Source: an uncultured Dehalococcoidales bacterium
Lineage (GTDB): Bacteria; Chloroflexota; Dehalococcoidia; Dehalococcoidales; BS750m-G39
NCBI GenBank assembly: GCA_964505425.1
Contig: CAZDHX010000004.1
Coordinates: 17,722 to 81,721 of the forward strand
Direction: 5' to 3'
DNA: 64,000 bases
The translations under genes were made by a program, and so were the position numbers. Under the pieces are notes generated by a model. The model was not told the DNA's origin, searched no databases, and was given only the letters and a program-made list of their open reading frames with translations. Each line of letters starts with the position of its first letter. Position 1 is the stretch's first letter. This document shows positions 45,214-52,795 of the stretch, in pieces.

Positions 45214-46422
45214 ATGATAGATAAGCTGGATTTAATAAAGGAACTCTCAATAGCTTCACCGAGCAAGATCGTGCTACTGGTCATTGATGGTCTGGGTGGA
45301 CTGCCCCATCCCAAAACGGGCAAGACTGAGCTGGAGACGGCGAAGACGCCCAACCTTGACCGGCTGGCAGGTAAAGGTATATGCGGTCTTGTTGACCCGG
45401 TTAGCCCTGGAATAACCCCCGGCAGTACCCCGGGTCACCTTGCCCTGTTTGGTTATGACCCTCTTAAATTTAACGTCGGGCGGGGGGTGGTGGAGGCAAT
45501 AGGGATAGATTTTGAGCTGAAACCGGCGGACATCGCCGCCCGGGGCAATTTTTGTACCGTGGATGAAAGGGGGCTGGTCACTGACCGCCGGGCGGGGCGT
45601 ATCTCTACCGAGAAATGCGCCGAGCTATGCCAGCTGCTTGACGGTCTGGTAATAGACGGGGTTAAGCTCGTTGTTCGCCCGGTCAAGGGGCACCGCTTTA
45701 TCGCTGTCTTTCGTGGTGAGGGGTTATCGCCCGAGGTCAGCGACTCCGACCCCCAGCAGGTGGGGATAGCGCCAAAGGCGGTTAAGGCTCAAAAGGCGAA
45801 GGCTGCTAAGACGGCCGAAACCGCCAACGAGTTCGTCGCTCAAGCCAGAAAGGTCTTAGCCAAGCATCGCCCGGCCAATATGTTGCTCCTGCGCGGCTTC
45901 TCCAGCCGACCCAATATTCCCACCATGCCCGAGGTCTATAAATTAAAGCCAGCCGCCGTTGCCAGCTACCCGATGTATCGGGGGCTGGCTAAACTGGTCG
46001 GGATGCAGGTTCTGGAGACCGCCGCCGGCATCAAAGAGGAGTTTAATACCCTCAAGCAGAACTATAAGTCATATGACTTCTTCTTCGTGCATATAAAGGA
46101 GACCGATTCCGCCGGTGAGGACGGCGATTTTGAGCGCAAGGTAGGGATTATAGAGGAGCTTGACAAGTCTCTGCCCACCCTGCTCGACCTTGCCCCCGAT
46201 GTCATTGTGGTCACCGGTGACCACTCCACCCCCGCCTTGCTCAAGGGGCATAGCTGGCACCCGGTGCCAATACTTTTATATTCCCCGTGGTGCCGCCCCG
46301 ATAGGGTAGAGGAACTTTCGGAGTCAGCCTGCATTCCGGGTGGGCTGGGAAGATTCTCAGCGACCGAGATTATGCCACTGGCAATGGCTAATGCCCTGAA
46401 ACTCGCCAAATTTGGTGCTTAG
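45214..46422 (+). CDS. apgM: 2,3-bisphosphoglycerate-independent phosphoglycerate mutase, archaeal type
   Basis: Motifs VIDGLGG, TDSAGEDG and TGDHSTP. 402 aa, between pgk and tpiA. Confidence 0.8.
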   Translation: MIDKLDLIKELSIASPSKIVLLVIDGLGGLPHPKTGKTELETAKTPNLDRLAGKGICGLVDPVSPGITPGSTPGHLALFGYDPLKFNVGRGVVEAIGIDFELKPADIAARGNFCTVDERGLVTDRRAGRISTEKCAELCQLLDGLVIDGVKLVVRPVKGHRFIAVFRGEGLSPEVSDSDPQQVGIAPKAVKAQKAKAAKTAETANEFVAQARKVLAKHRPANMLLLRGFSSRPNIPTMPEVYKLKPAAVASYPMYRGLAKLVGMQVLETAAGIKEEFNTLKQNYKSYDFFFVHIKETDSAGEDGDFERKVGIIEELDKSLPTLLDLAPDVIVVTGDHSTPALLKGHSWHPVPILLYSPWCRPDRVEELSESACIPGGLGRFSATEIMPLAMANALKLAKFGA

Positions 46423-46431
46423 GAGACCGAG

Positions 46432-47196
46432 ATGCGTATCCCATTAATTGCTGGTAACTGGAAGATGAATACCACGCTAAGCGAGGCAGTAGAATTAGTC
46501 AAGAAGATGCGTCATGAACTTGACGGGATAAAAGACGTGGAAAAGGTAATATGCCCCCCCTTTACCTCCCTAGTCCTGATAAAAGGGCTGACCGAGGAAA
46601 GCTCGATAAAACTGGGGGCGCAGAATATGTACTTTGAGGAAAAGGGGGCATACACCGGTGAGATTTCACCACTGATGCTGGCTGAGCTCTGTGATTTTGT
46701 TATTATTGGGCACTCCGAGCGCCGGCACTATTTTAATGAGACCGAGGAGCTTATAGATAAAAAGGTCAAGGTGGCGCTAAAGGTCGGTCTAACACCGATT
46801 CTGTGTATCGGCGAAACCCCTGAGGAAAACGAGGCGGGGAAGACAAAGGAGGTCTTGAGTAAGCAGCTAAGCTCGTCTTCAAGTCGGATATATTATCTCG
46901 GCGGCTTGGTCTTAGCCTACGAGCCGGTCTGGGCTATCGGCACCGGGCGGGCGGCTAGCGGCGAGCAGGCAAATGATACCATCGGTTTTATCCGCCAGCT
47001 CGTCTCCAAGCAATGCGGCAAGGAGATTGCCCAAGAGGCGCGTATCCTCTACGGGGGCAGTGTCAATGCGGGTAATATTGCCGAATTTATAAACCAGCCT
47101 GAGATTGACGGTGCCCTTGTCGGTGGTGCCAGTTTAAAGCCAGACGAGTTTCTGGACATAGTGAGGCAGACCTCAGAGATTAAGCGATTGAAATGA
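46432..47196 (+). CDS. tpiA: Triosephosphate isomerase
   Basis: Motifs AGNWKMN, IGHSERR, AYEPVWAIGTG and YGGSV. Confidence 0.95.
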   Translation: MRIPLIAGNWKMNTTLSEAVELVKKMRHELDGIKDVEKVICPPFTSLVLIKGLTEESSIKLGAQNMYFEEKGAYTGEISPLMLAELCDFVIIGHSERRHYFNETEELIDKKVKVALKVGLTPILCIGETPEENEAGKTKEVLSKQLSSSSSRIYYLGGLVLAYEPVWAIGTGRAASGEQANDTIGFIRQLVSKQCGKEIAQEARILYGGSVNAGNIAEFINQPEIDGALVGGASLKPDEFLDIVRQTSEIKRLK

Positions 47197-48134
47197 ATCG
47201 TCTAGTAGCTATAGTTGGACCAACCGGTGCTGGTAAGAGCCGGCTTGCTCTTGATTTGGCCCGGGCTTTTGACGGGGAGATAGTGAGTGCCGACAGCCGA
47301 CAGGTTTACCGTTATATGGATATCGGCACGGCTAAACCAGGTCGGCAAGAGTTATCCCTTATTCGCCATCACCTCGTTGATATCTTGAGCCCTGATGAAG
47401 ATTTTGGTCTGGCTCAATATCAGCAGCTTGCCTACGAGGCTATCGAAGATATCCAAAAGAGAGGCAAGCTGGCAATACTGGTCGGCGGCAGCGGGCTATA
47501 CGTCTGGGCGGTGCTGGATGGCTGGAGGATACCTAAGGCAGCCCCTGACCTCAAGTTGAGGCGTGAGCTGGAGAAGGTGGAGAGTAGCGAGCTTTATCGG
47601 GAGCTGGCGAAAGTTGACCCGGTGGCGGCACAGAGGATTGACCCCCGCAACGTCCGCCGCATAATAAGAGCGCTTGAGGTCTATAGAGACAACGAGGTTC
47701 CCTTCTCTCAGCTCCAGCTTAAGGCAAAACCACTACCCAATATCCTGATAATAGGTCTGACGGCTGATAGGGCGGAGCTATACCGCCGCATTGACCAGAG
47801 GGTGGAGGAGATGATAGAGCGGGGGCTGGTTGATGAGGTCAAGGGACTGCTGGATAAGGGCTATGATTTGGCTCTGCCGGCCATGTCGGGCATAGGCTAT
47901 AAGCAAATTGCTATGTATCTCAAGGGAGAACTAAGCCTGGCTGATGCCATCCAGCAGATAAAGTTCGAAACGCACCGGCTCGTCCGCCACCAATATAGCT
48001 GGTTCAGGTTGAAAGATGATAGAATAAGGTGGTTTGATATAGAGAAAGAGGCAGATTCTGAAATCAAGTCACTGGTGACTAGGTCTACAGGTGATCGCTA
48101 TGAAGTTCACCAAGCTACAGGGCTCAGGAAATGA
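47193..48134 (+). CDS. miaA: tRNA dimethylallyltransferase
   Basis: Motifs GPTGAGKS, SADSRQVYRYMDIGTAKP and GGSGLY. Confidence 0.9.
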   Translation: MNRLVAIVGPTGAGKSRLALDLARAFDGEIVSADSRQVYRYMDIGTAKPGRQELSLIRHHLVDILSPDEDFGLAQYQQLAYEAIEDIQKRGKLAILVGGSGLYVWAVLDGWRIPKAAPDLKLRRELEKVESSELYRELAKVDPVAAQRIDPRNVRRIIRALEVYRDNEVPFSQLQLKAKPLPNILIIGLTADRAELYRRIDQRVEEMIERGLVDEVKGLLDKGYDLALPAMSGIGYKQIAMYLKGELSLADAIQQIKFETHRLVRHQYSWFRLKDDRIRWFDIEKEADSEIKSLVTRSTGDRYEVHQATGLRK

Positions 48135-48972
48135 TTTCGTACTAGTTGAAGCTGATGAAGCCCGGCGCGACTGGTCGCGGCTGGCGGTAGCGATGTGCGA
48201 CCGCCACTTCGGCATCGGCGCTGACGGCCTGTTATTGGTCTCACCCTCAAAGGTCGCCGACTTTAAGATGCGAATCTTTGACCCTGATGGCTCTGAGGCT
48301 AGAGCCTGCGGCAACGGACTGAGATGCCTGGTCAAATATGCTCTGCAAAAGGGGCTGGTTAAGGCAGCCCCCAGGATGTCAGTGGAAACAATATCAGGCA
48401 TAAGAAAGGTTGAGCTTCAGGGGATAGGTGATAATGCCGCTAATATTAAGGTCGACATGGGAGAGCCAAAATTCGAAGCCAGTGATATCCCGGTAGTAGT
48501 AGAGTCGGGTAGGGACTTAGTTGACATAAAGTCAATGCTGGGCTATCCTGTTACTGTGGAAGGTACCGAACTCCTGCTCAACCTTGTCTCAATGGGAAAT
48601 CCACATGCCGTTTATTTCTGGCAACGCCCGGTATCTGATTTCCCATTATCCCAGCTGGGGCCAAAGGTAGAACACCTGTCAATATTTCCCGACCGGGTAA
48701 ATTTTGAGGTCGCCAGGGTAGTGAACCAGAATCAGATAGAAGCCCGCGTCTGGGAGAGGGGAGTAGGGGAGACATTGGCTTGCGGCAGTGGTGCCTGCGC
48801 GATAACTGTCGCTGCCCAGCTATACGGCTATATCAGCAATAAGGCTGATATAAAATTACCCGGCGGTGTACTGCAGGTGACCTGGTATGGAGCAGGAGAG
48901 GTGTTCCTCAGCGGTCCCGCCGAAATAATCTTTGAGGGAGAATGGCCCGATGAAACTGTCAAGACGGATTGA
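48100..48972 (+). CDS. dapF: Diaminopimelate epimerase
   Basis: Motifs FTKLQGSGNDF, ACGNG, SMGNPH and ACGSGA. I prefer the ATG at 48100 over the GTG at 48091. Confidence 0.9.
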   Translation: MKFTKLQGSGNDFVLVEADEARRDWSRLAVAMCDRHFGIGADGLLLVSPSKVADFKMRIFDPDGSEARACGNGLRCLVKYALQKGLVKAAPRMSVETISGIRKVELQGIGDNAANIKVDMGEPKFEASDIPVVVESGRDLVDIKSMLGYPVTVEGTELLLNLVSMGNPHAVYFWQRPVSDFPLSQLGPKVEHLSIFPDRVNFEVARVVNQNQIEARVWERGVGETLACGSGACAITVAAQLYGYISNKADIKLPGGVLQVTWYGAGEVFLSGPAEIIFEGEWPDETVKTD

Positions 48973-50149
48973 ACATTTACCCCCTTATCTCTTCGTGGAG
49001 ATAAACAGAACGATTGCTGAAAAGAGGGCTAGAGGCGAGGAGATAGTTAGTTTTGCCATAGGTGACCCTGATATTCCCACACCCCCTCATATAATTGAGA
49101 GGCTGTGCCAGGCAGCAAAAGACCCGGTTAATCATCGTTACCCAGAGACGGAGGGGCTACCTGAATTGCACCAGGCGATAGCCGAGTGGTATAAAAAGCG
49201 CTTTGGTGTTTCCCTGGATGCTGACAAAGAGGTTTTACCCCTCATTGGCTCAAAGGATGGCATTGCTCACATTGCCTTTTGCCTTATTGACTACCGGGAT
49301 GTTGCTCTGGTAACTGACCCGGCGTATCCCGTTTATTCAGTAAGCACCATGTTAGCCAGTGGCAATCCTTACTATCTACCACTTACTGAGGAAAATAATT
49401 TCCTGCCCGATTTAAACGCCATACCGGCTTATATCCTGAAGAGGGCTAAGTTATTGTGGATAAACTATCCTAATAACCCCACCAGCGCGGTGGCTGAACT
49501 TGATTTCTTCAACCGGGTAGTTGAATTCGCCCGGAAGCATAAGCTAGCTGTCTGCCATGACGGACCATATTCAGAGGTTGCCTTTGACGGCTACCAGCCG
49601 GTTAGCTTTATGCAGGCGGATGGAGCCAAGGAAGTAGGGATGGAGTTTCACTCCCTGTCTAAGACCTACAATATGACCGGATGGCGGATAGGGATGGCGG
49701 TGGGTAATGGGATAATGATAGATGCCCTGGAAAGGCTTAAGTCAAACGTAGATTCAGGGATTCCGCAGGCTATTCAACTGGCGGCTATTGCCGCTCTGAC
49801 CGGTCCTCAGGACTGTGTCAAGGAGCATAACGCCGTCTATCAAAGACGCCGCGATTTGATTATCGACGTGCTGAATAATATCGGGCTAAAAGCTAGTCCC
49901 CCCAAAGCAAGTCTGTATATATGGGCTAAGGTTCCCACGGGCTATACCTCGGTGGAATTTGCCACCGATTTACTGGAGCAGGTCGGGGTAGCAGTTACTC
50001 CCGGGGTAGCCTATGGCAAGCATGGCGAGGGTTATGTGCGCCTGTCGCTAACCGTCCCCGACGCCACCATAGTGAAGGGGCTATCAAAGCTATCATCGTG
50101 GCGGGATACCAAGAGAAACGTGAGAATGGGGACTAAGTTTACTAAGTAG
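48950..50149 (+). CDS. dapL: LL-diaminopimelate aminotransferase (class I/II PLP aminotransferase)
   Basis: Motifs LPPYLF, NYPNNPT and SLSKTYNMTGWRIG (PLP Lys). Adjacent to dapF. I prefer the ATG at 48950 over the TTG at 48932. The DapL versus generic aminotransferase call is inferred from context. Confidence 0.7.
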   Translation: MKLSRRIEHLPPYLFVEINRTIAEKRARGEEIVSFAIGDPDIPTPPHIIERLCQAAKDPVNHRYPETEGLPELHQAIAEWYKKRFGVSLDADKEVLPLIGSKDGIAHIAFCLIDYRDVALVTDPAYPVYSVSTMLASGNPYYLPLTEENNFLPDLNAIPAYILKRAKLLWINYPNNPTSAVAELDFFNRVVEFARKHKLAVCHDGPYSEVAFDGYQPVSFMQADGAKEVGMEFHSLSKTYNMTGWRIGMAVGNGIMIDALERLKSNVDSGIPQAIQLAAIAALTGPQDCVKEHNAVYQRRRDLIIDVLNNIGLKASPPKASLYIWAKVPTGYTSVEFATDLLEQVGVAVTPGVAYGKHGEGYVRLSLTVPDATIVKGLSKLSSWRDTKRNVRMGTKFTK

Positions 50150-50202
50150 GAGGGGCTATTACTAAAGCGACAGTTGCCACCCGAGTACCGGAACGGGCAC
50201 TC

Positions 50203-51324
50203 TTGGCGGCGGTAGTCAGCAAGCGGGATGCCGGCAGCTGGTCGGCAGAGGACTCGCTGGCGGAGTTGGCTCAGTTAGCCAATACGGCGGGGGCGGAGGT
50301 GGTGGGGAGGCTCACCCAGCGCTTGCCGGTGGCATCAAAAACTCACTACCTGGGCAAGGGCAAGCTGACTGAGTTGCTGTCGCTAAAGGATAGCACCGGG
50401 TACAATGTCGTCATCTTTGACGATGAGCTCTCACCACTACAGCAGCGAAATCTGGAAGAAGCCCTCCAGGTAAAGGTGATTGACCGCGTAGCCTTGATTC
50501 TGGATATCTTCGGCAGAAGGGCTAGGACCAGGGAGGGGCAGTTGCAGGTCGAGCTTGCCCAGCACCAATACCTTTTTCCGCGCCTTGCCGGACAGTGGAG
50601 CCACCTGGAAAGATTAGGCGGTGGCATCGGCACCAGGGGTCCCGGCGAAACTCAGCTTGAGACCGATAAGCGCCTTATTCAGCGGAGGATAAAACGGCTT
50701 GAGACGCAGATTGAGGATATAAGAAAGCGCCGCCAGTTGTACTGGCAACAGCGCCGCAAGAGCGGCATCCCAATAGTCACCCTGGTCGGCTATACCAACG
50801 CCGGCAAGAGCACCCTGATGAATGCCCTCACCCATGCCGGCATCTTCGCTGAGAATAAGCTGTTTTCCACCCTGGACCCCACCACCAGACGGCTAACCCT
50901 TCCTGACGGGAGGGGAGTCTTACTGAGCGATACCGTCGGCTTCATCCGCAAGCTGCCGCCCACCATCGTCTCCGCATTCAAGGCAACCCTTGAAGAACTG
51001 GACGAAGCCAGTATGCTCCTGCACGTAGTTGACATAACATCTCACACCGCTTCAGAGCAGTGCCAGATAGTAGAGGGCATTCTGGCGGACCTCGGGCTCG
51101 AGGACAAGCCCCGGATTACGGCGCTGAATAAGATTGACCTGTTACTCAGCGGTAATGGTGAAAGCCAGGACTGGGATGAAGACACGGCGCTAGGGTATCT
51201 TTCCCACCAGTTTGGGCCGGCAGAGGAGAACACGGTGCTGGTTTCGGCAACCAGGGGCTGGGGACTGAGAAGGCTTCTAGCGGCAATCAGCCACACGCTG
51301 AGCCAAACGACACAGGCAGTCTAA
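50203..51324 (+). CDS. hflX: GTPase HflX
   Basis: Motifs GYTNAGKSTL, DTVGFI and NKID. The 5' boundary is uncertain; see findings. Confidence 0.85.
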   Translation: MAAVVSKRDAGSWSAEDSLAELAQLANTAGAEVVGRLTQRLPVASKTHYLGKGKLTELLSLKDSTGYNVVIFDDELSPLQQRNLEEALQVKVIDRVALILDIFGRRARTREGQLQVELAQHQYLFPRLAGQWSHLERLGGGIGTRGPGETQLETDKRLIQRRIKRLETQIEDIRKRRQLYWQQRRKSGIPIVTLVGYTNAGKSTLMNALTHAGIFAENKLFSTLDPTTRRLTLPDGRGVLLSDTVGFIRKLPPTIVSAFKATLEELDEASMLLHVVDITSHTASEQCQIVEGILADLGLEDKPRITALNKIDLLLSGNGESQDWDEDTALGYLSHQFGPAEENTVLVSATRGWGLRRLLAAISHTLSQTTQAV

Positions 51325-51413
51325 TATGACGCTCTGTAGTCAAAATCTAGGCGTCTAAGCGTTCCTACGAGTATCTAACCCCTAGCCTGAGCGCCTCTGG
51401 ATAGGCGTTTCAG

Positions 51414-51647
51414 ATGGCTAATACCCCTTTTTGTGCTATACTTAAACTAGGCGAAGGAACCATGGCGATAAGGGGTAAAATGTACAGGGTTAGATGCCGT
51501 AGCTGCGGGAAGGTCTTCACCGTGCCCGGTGTAGCGTCGCCGGTACCGGAGCATCCCGTTGAAGCTAAGAAAACAGATTTTAGCGTCTACCTGCCGTGCC
51601 CGGGTTCAGGTCACTCCGATATTCTCGTGGAAACTGTGTATCAGTGA
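51414..51647 (+). CDS. Hypothetical small Cys-containing protein
   Basis: YRVRCRSCGKVF ... LPCPGSGH. The start could be the internal ATG at 51462. Confidence 0.35.
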   Translation: MANTPFCAILKLGEGTMAIRGKMYRVRCRSCGKVFTVPGVASPVPEHPVEAKKTDFSVYLPCPGSGHSDILVETVYQ

Positions 51648-51756
51648 ATCGAGGAGAGTGCCCCCACCCCCCGAAGCTAAATGTTGGGGCGCACTATATA
51701 TGTTATGTAGAATTAGCTAGGCTTTGAGGTCTTTTCCCACTCCCCCAACTCATAGC

Positions 51757-52059
51757 CTAAGGTTTTACGAATCCCATTCTGCTCTTAGTAACTGGCTCCG
51801 GCGCTTCCACAATCTTGCCAAACTGCTGCTCGTATTTCTTCATGTTATCCTGGAGGGCAGATACGGTCCTTTTCGTATGGCCCGGGCTCATTATTACACG
51901 AGCCGTAACGGTCGGTTCTGGCGCCGCCGCCAGTATAAAGTCCATAATGAACTCTTCCTTAGTATGGGTAACGACCATCATATTGCAATAAGCGCCACGT
52001 CTAATTTCGTCAGTTAGCCTGATTTTTATCCCCTGCGGTGGTTTAGGTTGCTCTGCCAT
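51757..52059 (-). CDS. DUF3467-like protein
   Basis: IKIRLTDEIRRGAYCNMMVVTHTKEEFIMDFI...ARVIMSPGHTKR..ALQDNMKKYE. I prefer the ATG at 52059 (GGAGGTGG upstream) over 52146. Confidence 0.65.
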   Translation of the reverse strand: MAEQPKPPQGIKIRLTDEIRRGAYCNMMVVTHTKEEFIMDFILAAAPEPTVTARVIMSPGHTKRTVSALQDNMKKYEQQFGKIVEAPEPVTKSRMGFVKP

Positions 52060-52215
52060 ACTTCCACCTCCATTCAAGGCTATTGTATCGCTAAATAAAT
52101 GGAAGTCAATAGGTAACATAATTGCTATTGGTGCTTGTTGGGGCAATGAGAAGAGGACTTATGTTAAGAACGGGCTATATTATGTCAACTGCACTATTTT
52201 GGCGGGCAATAAAGA

Positions 52216-52235
52216 GGGATTTTAGCTAAAATCCC
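52216..52235 (-). terminator. Weak terminator-like hairpin after the 52244..52777 gene
   Basis: gggatttta / taaaatccc arms. The trailing T-tract on the minus strand is only partial (CTCTTTATTG). Confidence 0.3.
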
Positions 52236-52243
52236 CTACTGGC

Positions 52244-52777
52244 TCAGCTGAACTGTAGCCATAAAGTAAATAAACTGATTGTTAACGCGCCCAGAGCAAA
52301 TGAGGCTGTTGCCCACACCACCTCGATAGTCGCCATATCCCGGAAATGCCGGGCGTAGTCTTCATATCTCTCCATGAGCTCGTTCATGGATGTCTGAAAC
52401 TCCTTCAGGTTTAGGGTCTCCCTAGCTAGCTTCTTGGCGTCCTTCTCAACGCATTTTATAGCTTCCTCAAGTGGGAGTGACGCCCAGCTTGAAATATCCC
52501 TAACGTGCTGAGGCCACAGCCACCTGGCCGCTTTCTGGAAGCGCTCTATTCTCTTCTGCATCCCCGCTTGCAGCGTTTTAGCCCTTTCTGCAATCTTGCA
52601 CTTTTTGCCATCTGTTATTGCCACTGGGCCAGCCTCAAAATCATGCATTGCATAATGTATAGCGCCTCGAGCTCCATCACTCATCCAGACCATTCTCATC
52701 CAAGCCAGATAACGGAAAATCCGGACCAGCCCGAAAAGCCCCAGGGCTACACCTACAGCAAATATGATCCAGTACAA
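52244..52777 (-). CDS. Hypothetical membrane protein with N- and C-terminal TM helices
   Basis: 177 aa. Hydrophobic ends (YWIIFAVGVALGLFGLV; WATASFALGALTISLFTLWL) flank a charged helical middle. It lies 18 nt downstream of the oxidoreductase gene. Confidence 0.5.
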   Translation of the reverse strand: MYWIIFAVGVALGLFGLVRIFRYLAWMRMVWMSDGARGAIHYAMHDFEAGPVAITDGKKCKIAERAKTLQAGMQKRIERFQKAARWLWPQHVRDISSWASLPLEEAIKCVEKDAKKLARETLNLKEFQTSMNELMERYEDYARHFRDMATIEVVWATASFALGALTISLFTLWLQFS

Positions 52778-52795
52778 TTTACAGAGTTCCCCCTC

